A DNA stretch of 64,000 nt. Origin: Burkholderiales bacterium (GTDB taxonomy: Bacteria > Pseudomonadota > Gammaproteobacteria > Burkholderiales > CAIKXV01). The translations under genes were made by a program, and so were the position numbers. This document shows positions 26,642 through 35,320 of the stretch, one piece after another. Position 1 is the first letter of the stretch, and every line of letters begins with the position of its first letter. The stretch is from assembly GCA_038205245.1 (NCBI GenBank), contig JBBRCD010000007.1, positions 2,037 to 66,036 of the forward strand, read 5' to 3'. The notes beneath the pieces were generated by a model. The model was not told where the DNA came from. It worked only from the letters and a program-made list of their open reading frames with translations, and made no database searches.

Positions 26642-26675
26642 GAGGTTTCATCTGCTATGAGGTTTCATCTGCTAT
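26642..26675. repeat. 17-bp perfect tandem duplication GAGGTTTCATCTGCTAT x2
   Basis: Read directly. The second copy contains the stop codon of the 26665..27438 gene. AT-richer than its surroundings. Confidence 0.95.
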
Positions 26676-27438
26676 TGCCATCCTTCGCTGGCTGGGGCAA
26701 GGGCTCAGAACCCGCCAGTCGCTCGAGCAGGAAGCGCAGTTCCTGCGGGTCGCTGATCGCGCCCGAGGCGAGCAGGCCGCCGAGCAGTACCTTCGCCGCT
26801 TCAACCTCGCCGCGGTCGGCCAGCAGCAGCACCGACATCTGCCGCGCCCAGCCCGGCACCGAGGGTCCCGTCGCCTGCTCACTGATCGCGCGCGCATAGG
26901 CCATCGCCAGGTCGGTGTCCTGCAGACGATGCCGCGCGAGGATCGCTGCATGAGCCAGCCAGCGCCAGCGCCGGTCGGGGTCGGCGTCGAAGCTTTGCCG
27001 GACGAAGTCGAGCATCGAGCGCTGTCTGGATTCGATCGGCACTTGGGCATACACATGCGAGGCGAGCAGCAGCGGATACTGGCCGATCGGGTCGAGTGCC
27101 AGCAGCAGCGAGAGCCAGTCACGCAGCCGTCCATAGTCGAGGTCGGCGAATGGCACGCTGACGCCAGGCTGGTTGTCGAACGCCTGAAGGTACAGGGTGG
27201 ACAACTGGGCGAGCGGCAGCGCGTCGCCGAGTGCCGCGAGCCGCATCATGGCCAGCGGCGGTGGCGCTGGCAGATCGGTCGCCCGGGCCAGGGGGGACGG
27301 CTGCAGCGAGTGCACCAGCAAGTGCCCGGCGAATGCAGCGAGCAGCGCGAGGCGCAGGGGTGCCGGCACTGCCGACCAGGGCCTGGGTCGGTCCCGGGCG
27401 CGGTCCGGGATTGACCCGCCCAGCCAGACCACAGTCAC
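26665..27438 (-). CDS. hypothetical membrane-anchored helical protein
   Basis: 257 aa from a GTG that overlaps the upstream stop (GTGA). One N-terminal TM segment (LRLALLAAFAGHLLV), then a helical-repeat-like region. Only the 3' third of ORF 26665..28353 is judged real. Confidence 0.55.
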   Translation of the reverse strand: MTVVWLGGSIPDRARDRPRPWSAVPAPLRLALLAAFAGHLLVHSLQPSPLARATDLPAPPPLAMMRLAALGDALPLAQLSTLYLQAFDNQPGVSVPFADLDYGRLRDWLSLLLALDPIGQYPLLLASHVYAQVPIESRQRSMLDFVRQSFDADPDRRWRWLAHAAILARHRLQDTDLAMAYARAISEQATGPSVPGWARQMSVLLLADRGEVEAAKVLLGGLLASGAISDPQELRFLLERLAGSEPLPQPAKDGNSR

Positions 27439-28259
27439 AGGTCCCGCCGATGGAAGTCGACCAGCGCGGCGGCGGTGAGCAGCGACACGAACACCAGGCA
27501 CTGCACGAACTGCAGGCCAAGCATCCCGGGTGCGGGCAACTGATCCACCAGCCAACCGGTCTGGGCGAACCGGTCTAGGCTGGGCAGCACCCAGGACAGC
27601 GCCTCGGTGCCCAGCCGGGACAGGTCGCGCCAGGGCCCGGCGGCAAGCAGCGGTGACCCACTGGCGATCAGCACCAGTGCGTCGATCGAACGCGTCAGCA
27701 CGTAAAGAGCCGCGCTCAGCACCGCGGCCGCCGGCACGCTCGCCAGGCTCAGGGTGAAGAACTGCGCCATGGCGATCACGATCGCCAGTTCGAACAGCAG
27801 CGAGGCCGACCAGGCAAGTGCCGCGAGCGGCGGTAGCGCAATCAGCAGCATCACGCAGACGCTGCCGACAGCGACCGCCGCCAGGCTGATGAAGCCGGCC
27901 AGCTTGCCCAGCACCCAGGTGGTGCGGGTCACCTCGAGCGACAACGCCGACTCGAAACCGCGTTCGTTGAGTTCGCGGGTCAGACTGCTGATGACATAAA
28001 CTGCGAGGATGAAGACCCAGGCAAAACGCACGCCGCTGGCGATGAGGGCAATGCGAAATCGCGCGCTTTCGGTGATCGCCAGTTCTGCGGCAAACAGGCC
28101 GGCGGCGAGCGCCAGAGCGAGGCTGCCGGCGAGCAGCCAGGGCAGACGGGATCGCCAGGCCTCCAGCAGCGTGAAGCCTGCGATCGTGAACAGTTGCAGC
28201 GGCCAGCGCCCGCCGGCGGTGCTGTTCGGCGCCTGCATCGCTGGCACTGGGGCAGTCAT
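27435..28259 (-). CDS. ABC-2-type transporter permease-like membrane protein
   Basis: 274 aa from ATG 28259 (alternative 28238). Six predicted TM segments with an ABC-2/NosY-like layout. The upstream part of ORF 27435..28787 is antisense to the kinase gene. Confidence 0.6.
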   Translation of the reverse strand: MTAPVPAMQAPNSTAGGRWPLQLFTIAGFTLLEAWRSRLPWLLAGSLALALAAGLFAAELAITESARFRIALIASGVRFAWVFILAVYVISSLTRELNERGFESALSLEVTRTTWVLGKLAGFISLAAVAVGSVCVMLLIALPPLAALAWSASLLFELAIVIAMAQFFTLSLASVPAAAVLSAALYVLTRSIDALVLIASGSPLLAAGPWRDLSRLGTEALSWVLPSLDRFAQTGWLVDQLPAPGMLGLQFVQCLVFVSLLTAAALVDFHRRDL

Positions 28260-28406
28260 GTTCGGATCGATCCAGGCTCGTGTGAAGGGGCGCGCATTGC
28301 TGCGCAGAGCTCTGCCAGCGCCTGCTGGCGCGAGGGTACCGCGGACCGGCCATGATCGCAGCAGTTCCGGGTACCGCCTGTTCCCCAGTTTGTCCTCGCG
28401 GCGGCG

Positions 28407-30155
28407 GTGATGGAGCTCCGTTCGCAGAAACCCACGCAGACCCCCACGCAGACCCGCACGCAGACCCGCAGTGTGCTCTACGACACCCTGGCCGCGCAGC
28501 CGCAGTGGGTGTTGGCGCTGACCCTGCTGTCGCTGCATGCGGCGCTTGCCTGGGATATCGAGGCCTGGTGGGCGCGTGCGATGTGGCTCAGCCATTTCGG
28601 CCTGTTTCTTATCTGGCAGCCGCTGTGGCGGGCGCCGCAGCGCATCGATCCGCTGCCCGCCGCGGCGGTGATCGCCGTGGGCGCCGCGTTTGCTCTCGTG
28701 ATCAACTGGTGGCTCGCTGCAATCTGGATCAGTGTCCTGTTCGCGTTGATCGCCGGGCGGGTGCCTGGCGCCGGCGAACCCGGGCATCGGGCGGCGACGC
28801 TGATCGCATCGCTGTTCCTGCTCGCATTACTCCTGCTCTGGGTGGTGCCGCGGCTGGCCTCCGACACGCCGCTGCCGTACCTGCTGGTGGCGCTGGTGCA
28901 GTTCGCCTTGCCGCTGCTCGCACTGGCGGTGGCGCTGATCCAGATTGGGCCGGTGGCCCGCCCGGCACCGGTGGTCGTCGACCTGATCTACTCGGTGCTG
29001 CTGCTGCTGCTGGTGCTGGTGCTGGTGCTGGGGAGCGTCGTGCTGCACAGCGTGTCCGCCGAGGGTAATTATCTGCTCACGCTCGCGCAGGCGCTGCTGT
29101 CGATCGCCGCGCTGCTGGCCGCGCTGTCATGGCTGTGGAACCCGCGTGGCGGTTTCGGTGGCCTCAGTCAGGTGCTGTCCTGGCACCTGCTGTCGCTCGG
29201 CCTGCCGTTCGAGAACTGGATGCGCAGTCTCGCCCTGCTCGCCGAGCACCAGCGCGACCCGGAGAAGTTTCTGCAGGGCGCGATCGCGGAACTGGTGCGC
29301 CTGCCCTGGGTTGCCGGCGCCCAGTGGACTGCGGCCGACAGCGCCGGCACGCTTGGGTCGCCGGCACGCCACCACATGGAACTGTCCTCGCGCGGGCTCG
29401 CGCTGGAACTGTTCACCCATGTCGCGCCCACACCGGCCCTCAACCTCCATGCCGCGCTGCTCGCGCAGTTGCTTGGCGATTTCTATGATGCCAAGCGGCG
29501 CGAACAACGCGAGCGCAAGCATGCCTATGCGCATGCGATCCACGAAACCGGCGCCCGGTTGACCCATGACGTGAAAAATATTCTGCAGTCACTGCAGTCG
29601 CTGTGCGCGGCGGTCGAGGCAAGCGAGGGCGAGCGCTCGATAGCATTGCAGCAGCTGATGCGCCGGCAACTGCCGCAGATCGCGCAGCGTCTGGAGCGCA
29701 CCCTGGAGAAATTGGCGCAGCCCGAGCCGCGCGAGGCGACCGCCGTCAACGCCGGCCTGTGGTGGCGCAGCCTCGGCCGGCGTGTCGCGCAGGACGGTGT
29801 CGAGCTGGCAAGCCAGGGCGATCTGGACTCGGCACTGCTGCCACAGGAGCTGTTCGACAGCGCTGCCGACAATCTGCTGCAGAACGCGTTGGTAAAGCGG
29901 CAACTGGATGTGGGGGTCGCAGTGCGCATCGAGCTGTCTGCCCTGGATGGAGTACAGCTGTTGGTCACCGACACCGGTGCCGCGATCGACTCGCGCATCG
30001 CCGATCGGCTGCTCACCGAACCGGTCGAGTCGAAGAACGGCCTTGGCGTCGGGCTCTACCAGACCGCCCAGCTTGCCGCCCAGTTGGCCTACGAACTGGT
30101 GCTCACCAGCAATCAGGAAGGCGCAGTTCAGTTCGCGCTAAGACCGGTGCGCTGA
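28407..30155 (+). CDS. polytopic sensor histidine kinase (PrsK/PilS-like architecture)
   Basis: 582 aa. About 8 TM segments in the first 270 aa. H-box ETGARLTHDVKNILQSL, N-box AADNLLQNAL, G-boxes VTDTGAAI and NGLGVGLYQ. The first codons are a 12-bp repeat; GTG at 28473 is an alternative start. Confidence 0.85.
   Translation: MMELRSQKPTQTPTQTRTQTRSVLYDTLAAQPQWVLALTLLSLHAALAWDIEAWWARAMWLSHFGLFLIWQPLWRAPQRIDPLPAAAVIAVGAAFALVINWWLAAIWISVLFALIAGRVPGAGEPGHRAATLIASLFLLALLLLWVVPRLASDTPLPYLLVALVQFALPLLALAVALIQIGPVARPAPVVVDLIYSVLLLLLVLVLVLGSVVLHSVSAEGNYLLTLAQALLSIAALLAALSWLWNPRGGFGGLSQVLSWHLLSLGLPFENWMRSLALLAEHQRDPEKFLQGAIAELVRLPWVAGAQWTAADSAGTLGSPARHHMELSSRGLALELFTHVAPTPALNLHAALLAQLLGDFYDAKRREQRERKHAYAHAIHETGARLTHDVKNILQSLQSLCAAVEASEGERSIALQQLMRRQLPQIAQRLERTLEKLAQPEPREATAVNAGLWWRSLGRRVAQDGVELASQGDLDSALLPQELFDSAADNLLQNALVKRQLDVGVAVRIELSALDGVQLLVTDTGAAIDSRIADRLLTEPVESKNGLGVGLYQTAQLAAQLAYELVLTSNQEGAVQFALRPVR
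28431..28470. repeat. 12-bp tandem repeat C(C/G)CACGCAGACC x3.3
   Basis: Read directly. Encodes TQTPTQTRTQTR at the 5' end of the kinase ORF. Shares a 13-mer with 41930-41942. Confidence 0.95.
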
Positions 30156-30183
30156 GGTTCACTCCACCTCGTCGCGGCGAAGC

Positions 30184-30993
30184 TCAGGGCAACTGGCCCG
30201 CCGAGACCAGCCTGGCATAGAGCACATTGGGGGACAGCCAGGTCACCAGATCGTCGAACTCCGCGCCGGCCGCTCCCGGGTTGCTGCGCACGCGCGACAC
30301 GAACACCCGGTCATTGTTGGCGCTGTTCGGGTTCGCGTTCTGCGCTTCGTCCATCGAGGTCCCCCCGGTTGCCGCGTTCGGCCCGACGGAATAGACGACA
30401 GCCACGGCATTGGTCGCCAGCGTGGCGCCGGCCCCGCAGGCGATGACTGTCGCGCCGCTGCCAGTCGCGCATACCTGAAGGTCCGGGGCGAGCGCTGACA
30501 TTCCGACCATACGCATCTGTCCTGCGCTGGTGAACGCGTTGCCGCTGGCAGGGCTCACTGCATAGCGAACCCGATTCTGCAGCAGGCCCCAGGCGTCGAC
30601 CGCATAGCCCTGCGCATCGACCTGCGACAGGCCCAGGGTGACTGCCGGAACGAAACCATTGTAGGGGTTGGTACATGCTCCCCCGCCCAGCGGGCTCTCG
30701 ACGCCGTTGGAGGCGATCGACGCCGGGCAGGGCAGGCGGCCGTTGGCGAGCGCGAAACCGACCAGCGCCTCGCGGATCTCCTCCAGCTCCCGCTGGGTCT
30801 GGCTGACCCGGCTCTGCTCGACCTGGCTCGCCAGCGGCACCAGCAGGCCCCCTATGATCAGGGACAGAATCAGCAGCCCGATCGCCAGTTCGACCAGGGA
30901 CACGCCGCGCTCGCGCCCTGACTGCGGGGCGGACGGACAGCGGGTTGGATACAGCCCCGCTCGAGCAACAGGTAATCCGACAGATCGCATCAT
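30184..30993 (-). CDS. minor pilin / pseudopilin-like protein with prepilin-type N-terminus
   Basis: ...SGRERG/VSLVELAIGLLILSLIIGGLL (Gly-1, Glu+5). ATG overlaps the upstream stop (TAATG). C-terminus ...FDDLVTWLSPNVLYARLVSAGQLP. Confidence 0.75.
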   Translation of the reverse strand: MMRSVGLPVARAGLYPTRCPSAPQSGRERGVSLVELAIGLLILSLIIGGLLVPLASQVEQSRVSQTQRELEEIREALVGFALANGRLPCPASIASNGVESPLGGGACTNPYNGFVPAVTLGLSQVDAQGYAVDAWGLLQNRVRYAVSPASGNAFTSAGQMRMVGMSALAPDLQVCATGSGATVIACGAGATLATNAVAVVYSVGPNAATGGTSMDEAQNANPNSANNDRVFVSRVRSNPGAAGAEFDDLVTWLSPNVLYARLVSAGQLP

Positions 30994-32294
30994 TACCTCG
31001 GCGACGCGGTCGCCACGGTTCCGGCAGGGACAGGAATGCTCGGCGGAATGACGCCGCTGTTCAGACTGCTCGCGGCGTTTCGTAGCGCAGTGGAATCGAT
31101 ATAGTTCGCCAGCTGTGTCTTGTCTGCGCTGCTGTTTCGTTGCTGGCCAGGGCCGACCACGCCGCCCATGATCACCACGAATCGGGCGCCGGCTACTGGC
31201 GCGCCGCTGGCGCCGGTGACCAGCAGGCTGCCGCCGGCGCAGTTGTTGGCGGGGGGGCCGACACATTCTGGCGAAACGATGTACAAGGCCTGCTCCCGCC
31301 AGCGTTGATGCTGGAACCAGGCGGCGTCGGCAGCGTCACCACGCAACAACGCATCCGGGTTACCGGAAGTTGCCGGTGAGTAGGTGCCGGGCGCCGGTAC
31401 GTTGGCCGGCAACCGGCCGGCCAGCACGCCTGCTTCTGGCACGCAGCCCGCGGTGGTGCCCGGACTCACGCACTCGGCATTGGTGAAGCTGGCTGCCGCA
31501 GGCAGGTAAAGGAAGCGGACAAAGTAATCGTTCAACGCCCGCGCTACCTCTTGCGCGACCCGCCGCTCTGCGCTGGCAACGATGTCCGAACGGGTTACCG
31601 GCAGCAGGCGATCGTTGAACGCCGGACCGGGCGGACTCGCCGAAAACGCAATGGTCGGCGTGGCGTTCACCCCGTCCAGGTAGTTGCTCAGGATGGTGGC
31701 GCTGGCGCCCGCGCGGGTCTGCCCGGGCAGGACGGGACCCGGCGCAAAAACGATGGCAACCAGGGCTTCCCCCGGGAGCTGAATGATCGACAGCTGGGGC
31801 GCGGTATCCGGATTGATGAACCCCGGATTGCCGGTGATGTCGCCGGCATCGCGGAAGTTCGGCGAGATGGCGATCCACAGTTGCTCTCCGCTGCCATCGC
31901 GCAATTCCGGGATGCGCAGCAGCGCCCAGGGAAGACGGCCAATGTACGAGGCGCAGCCCTGTCCGACATATTCGATACCCGGCAGCGAGCGTCCATCACC
32001 ATCGATGTCGGGACAGGGCAGCGAACCCGGACGGTTGTCGTCCGTGGTTGCGTAGGCGAGCAGCGCCTGCTTCGCCAGCGCCAGCGCCTCGGTGGTGCGC
32101 TGATCCTGGCGCGTGCGCAGGGTGTCGGCGTTGAGGCTGCGCACCACGAACACTGCGGCGACCAGGCCGATGAACACCATCACCGCGAGCAGCGCGAAGC
32201 CACGCTGTCGGGCATGCGTCGCGGGTACGGCAGGCGCACCGGGGTTCAGGGTTTTCTTGGGGCGAGCGAGCCTGGGCATGATCGGGTCGGTCAT
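30993..32294 (-). CDS. GspK/PilX-like minor pilin-like protein (no Glu+5)
   Basis: ...HARQRG/FALLAVMVFIGLVAAVFVV, then a ~400 aa Cys-containing periplasmic domain. ATG 32294 or 32279. Confidence 0.55.
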   Translation of the reverse strand: MTDPIMPRLARPKKTLNPGAPAVPATHARQRGFALLAVMVFIGLVAAVFVVRSLNADTLRTRQDQRTTEALALAKQALLAYATTDDNRPGSLPCPDIDGDGRSLPGIEYVGQGCASYIGRLPWALLRIPELRDGSGEQLWIAISPNFRDAGDITGNPGFINPDTAPQLSIIQLPGEALVAIVFAPGPVLPGQTRAGASATILSNYLDGVNATPTIAFSASPPGPAFNDRLLPVTRSDIVASAERRVAQEVARALNDYFVRFLYLPAAASFTNAECVSPGTTAGCVPEAGVLAGRLPANVPAPGTYSPATSGNPDALLRGDAADAAWFQHQRWREQALYIVSPECVGPPANNCAGGSLLVTGASGAPVAGARFVVIMGGVVGPGQQRNSSADKTQLANYIDSTALRNAASSLNSGVIPPSIPVPAGTVATASPR

Positions 32295-32361
32295 TGCGGC
32301 GTTGCTGCTGTGGCCTGAGCGCGTCGGCCGAGGCGGTGCCGCGGACGACTGTTGATGGATA

Positions 32362-33147
32362 CTACTCCCGCACCGGCCGGTCGCTACCCGACCGAGTTTG
32401 CGGCGAGCTGCGGGCAGGGTCACTGGTCGTGTCTCTGGCCGGGTCTCTGGTCGGGTCTCTCGTCAGCTCGCGGGCCGGCTCGTCCAGCCGGCGTCCGAGC
32501 TCGCGCAGGACACGCTCGATGGCGGCGTCCCGCGGGGGTGTGCGAACAGTGTCGGCGGATCCGGCAGGCGCCGCTGTACCCGGGGCGGCACCCTGAGGTT
32601 CGCTCTGAGCCGTATCCCCACCCGCGCCTGGTACGCCCGGCGCCTCGGGTGCCGGGCGTGGCAGCCGGTACCGTTCCTTCACCGTCCCGGAGGCGACATC
32701 GATCTCCTGGCCGACCTTGATGCGCACCCGCCGACCGCTGTCGGGCATTCGCAGGTCGGCACCCTCGGCGGCGTCGCGCACGGCGTCCACTCTGACCGGT
32801 CCGGTCCGGTCAGCCGGGCTGGAGGGTGCTGCGGTCGGTACCCTGTTGACCCAGACCGTGGTGCGTCCGTCATTGCGGCGGACGATCCCGTCGACCGACA
32901 GCGATTGCGGCCCTGCAGGCGTCTCGGCCTTTACCTCGACGACTGGCTCCGGCTTGAGCGGTCGCTTGCGGGCGTCATCGAGCAGCGCCCGCTGCGCCGG
33001 GGAGTGGAACAGGCGGCCAAACGCGTCCTGGGCATGAGCACCCGGGCTGGCGCAGCCGATCGCCATCATGACGGCGAGCGGGGCACCGATGACCAGCGCA
33101 CGTGCTGGCGGTCGGCACCGTTGCCGTGGCGCCCATTCGAAGTTCAT
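32362..33147 (-). CDS. secreted periplasmic protein (MshK/PilP-like by position)
   Basis: 261 aa from ATG 33147 (ATGA overlap with the upstream gene). Signal peptide ...AVMMAIGCASPGAHAQ. Small beta-rich core (SLSVDGIVRRNDGRTTVWVN). Pro-rich linker and an RDPT-repeat tail. Confidence 0.5.
   Translation of the reverse strand: MNFEWAPRQRCRPPARALVIGAPLAVMMAIGCASPGAHAQDAFGRLFHSPAQRALLDDARKRPLKPEPVVEVKAETPAGPQSLSVDGIVRRNDGRTTVWVNRVPTAAPSSPADRTGPVRVDAVRDAAEGADLRMPDSGRRVRIKVGQEIDVASGTVKERYRLPRPAPEAPGVPGAGGDTAQSEPQGAAPGTAAPAGSADTVRTPPRDAAIERVLRELGRRLDEPARELTRDPTRDPARDTTSDPARSSPQTRSGSDRPVRE
32417..32464. repeat. 12-bp tandem repeat GGGTCTCTGGTC-like x4
   Basis: Read directly. Encodes TRDPTRDPARDTTSDP at the C-terminus of the 32362..33147 product. 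Confidence 0.9.
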
Positions 33148-33743
33148 CGTGATTCGCCGCCCGGGCGCGCTGCGGTGATCCAGGCCAGTTCGCAGTCGGC
33201 GCGCAGGTTGGGCACCGGGCGTGGCGCCGCCTCGGCAGGCGTGATCCTCTCGAGGACGCACTCGTTGATCGTGAACACGCCGGCCTGCTGGCGCGCGAGC
33301 ACGCGCAGAAAGCGCATCAGGTCGCCTTCATGAACCAGCCGCAGGTCGATCTTCATCGGCGATTGGGTGAGCGCGGCCTGCGGCTGCTCGGGCAGGTTGT
33401 AGGGGCTCTGGGCACCGATCTGGTACTGCACGCCGAACAGACCGGTGGCGTCGTTCGCCACGCGCAGGCTGTCGATCCAGTTGACCCGCTGCTCTGCGCC
33501 GATGAAGCCGCTGCCGGCCAGCGCGCGATACTCAGGTGCGTAGCGGGTGAGCAGGTCGCGCTCGTCGCCCGAACGCTGGAAGCGCGCGCGCGCCTCATCC
33601 AGCGCGCGCTGCTGCCGGGCCGCTTCGGCGCGGCCACGATCGGCAATCTGGAAGCTGTACCAGCCAAGCGTGACCACCGTGATCGATACCATCACAAGCA
33701 GCAAAGCAGGACCGGTGAACGGCGAAGCGAGCCAGCGGTTCAT
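33144..33743 (-). CDS. PilO/GspM/MshJ-like inner-membrane assembly protein
   Basis: 199 aa. Short cytoplasmic N-terminus, one TM segment (ALLLVMVSITVVTLGWY), a coiled-coil stretch, then a ferredoxin-like periplasmic part. ATGA overlaps on both sides. Confidence 0.6.
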   Translation of the reverse strand: MNRWLASPFTGPALLLVMVSITVVTLGWYSFQIADRGRAEAARQQRALDEARARFQRSGDERDLLTRYAPEYRALAGSGFIGAEQRVNWIDSLRVANDATGLFGVQYQIGAQSPYNLPEQPQAALTQSPMKIDLRLVHEGDLMRFLRVLARQQAGVFTINECVLERITPAEAAPRPVPNLRADCELAWITAARPGGESR

Positions 33744-35305
33744 GCAACCGCCCGCCGCAGTACGACGATGATGCGGAATGCCGAGCCGGCGCTCTGCTCG
33801 GTGCGCTCCTGGGTGTTGCCCGACAGGCTGGAGCCCGGACTCAGATTGAGCGGCAGGCGCACGATGGTCGCGCTCTGCACCCGGGCGTCGTCGCGCAGGC
33901 GCTGGGCGAAGCCCTCGATGCTGGCGATCGTGGTGCGCAGATCGCCGGAAACCGTGTTGATCTCGGCTTCAATCGCCAGGCTCTCGACCCGCTCGGCGCT
34001 GCGCTGGCCAGGGGCGCCGCGCTGCGCGGTCGAGCGCGGGGTATCCGTATCCTGCAGCGGTTCCCCATGCCGCCAGGTGATCTTTTTCAACCCGACATCG
34101 GCCTGGGCATCGAGCGCGGTGGCGACCACTGCGAAGGCCCGCTCCGGCGTTCGGGTCTGTCCGGCGATATGGCGCGCGGCCTCGACCGTGCGCTGCAGCG
34201 TCTCCAGCGGCGCCGGCGCTTCAGGGAACTGAAGGGTGACCGCGACATAGCGTTCCTGCCAGCGCGCGGTTTCCATCCGCTGCTCGCTGGTCTGAGCGAC
34301 CAGTTGGCTGTACTGCCATACATTGGCGAGTGCGAAGGTGAGGCCGGTCGCGGCGATCGCAGCAGCGGTGGCGTACATTGCACGCTGGGTGGTCCGAACC
34401 TGGAAGCGGCGCAGCGCCGGGGCCGGCGCGAGATTGACCGATGGCGTGCGCAGCCCGAGCAGGGTGAGCATCAATGCATCCGGCGTGTCGCGCAGCATCG
34501 ACATCGACAGCGGAAGCCGCTTCGCCAGGGTGGCAGCATCGATTCGTGTGCATTGCAGGTTGCCACCTTGGCGCTCCAGTGCGGCAACGGCGCCGCGCAT
34601 GCTGTCGCCGGTCTCGATCAGGGTCACCGACAGTGGATCGTCCGCACTGCGCAGCTTCAGGGCCTCGAGGTACAGGCGGGTATTGCCGACCTCCTCGACC
34701 AGGTTATCCATCGGACCGCCGGCGCCGATGCGCTCGAGCGGGGTGAGACGGCTGACCCGAAGCTGCCCCTGCGCCACGAAGCTCTGCCGAAGGCCGCTCG
34801 CAGTTGCGGTGATGATCAGGGTCGGCGCACTGGTCACGCCGAGCCGCTCGGCAAGTTGGGGCATCACCATCGGCAGCAGGTAAAGACCGGCAAAAGGAAT
34901 TTTGGCGTCCTCTATCGCCTCGGCCCAGGGCAGGAACACCTCGGCATTGGTCAGCGCGGCGAACAGATAGCGGTCGTCGCGCCGCTTGTCGGTCTCGCGC
35001 CCCTGCAGCACTGCCGCGTTGTAGGGCGAGTTTCGGTAGAGCTGGCGCAGTCGCCGCTGGACCATGCCTGCGCGATCCCGACCCATGGTGTGGGGCAGCA
35101 GCTCGGTGCGATAGTCTTCTTCGACCGCGTCGACCAGGGCGTGGATCTGCAGGTTTCGTGCTGCGGTCAGGACGTCCGAGAAACGACGCAGACCGCGGTC
35201 ATCATCGCTGAAGGTCTGGCAGTCGACCAGCCGGCCGGCGCGCCAGCGACCCAGCGTTGCCTGGGCCGCGCCGACACAGAGAAGCAGCCGTTCTCCGAAG
35301 GCCAT
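33740..35305 (-). CDS. PilM-PilN fusion-like assembly protein (MshI-like)
   Basis: 521 aa. ~300 aa cytoplasmic actin-like region, TM segment (AMYATAAAIAATGLTFALANVW), then a PilN-like periplasmic part. Position directly after the platform gene. Confidence 0.6.
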   Translation of the reverse strand: MAFGERLLLCVGAAQATLGRWRAGRLVDCQTFSDDDRGLRRFSDVLTAARNLQIHALVDAVEEDYRTELLPHTMGRDRAGMVQRRLRQLYRNSPYNAAVLQGRETDKRRDDRYLFAALTNAEVFLPWAEAIEDAKIPFAGLYLLPMVMPQLAERLGVTSAPTLIITATASGLRQSFVAQGQLRVSRLTPLERIGAGGPMDNLVEEVGNTRLYLEALKLRSADDPLSVTLIETGDSMRGAVAALERQGGNLQCTRIDAATLAKRLPLSMSMLRDTPDALMLTLLGLRTPSVNLAPAPALRRFQVRTTQRAMYATAAAIAATGLTFALANVWQYSQLVAQTSEQRMETARWQERYVAVTLQFPEAPAPLETLQRTVEAARHIAGQTRTPERAFAVVATALDAQADVGLKKITWRHGEPLQDTDTPRSTAQRGAPGQRSAERVESLAIEAEINTVSGDLRTTIASIEGFAQRLRDDARVQSATIVRLPLNLSPGSSLSGNTQERTEQSAGSAFRIIVVLRRAVA

Positions 35306-35320
35306 CTCAGCGCGCTCCGG

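Noticed and set aside
28260-28406. Sigma54-like element CTGGCAGAGCTCTGCG on the minus strand upstream of the ABC-2 permease gene.
   Set aside because: The GG-to-GC distance is one nucleotide short of canonical and the -12 region lacks TTGC. It was left unannotated.
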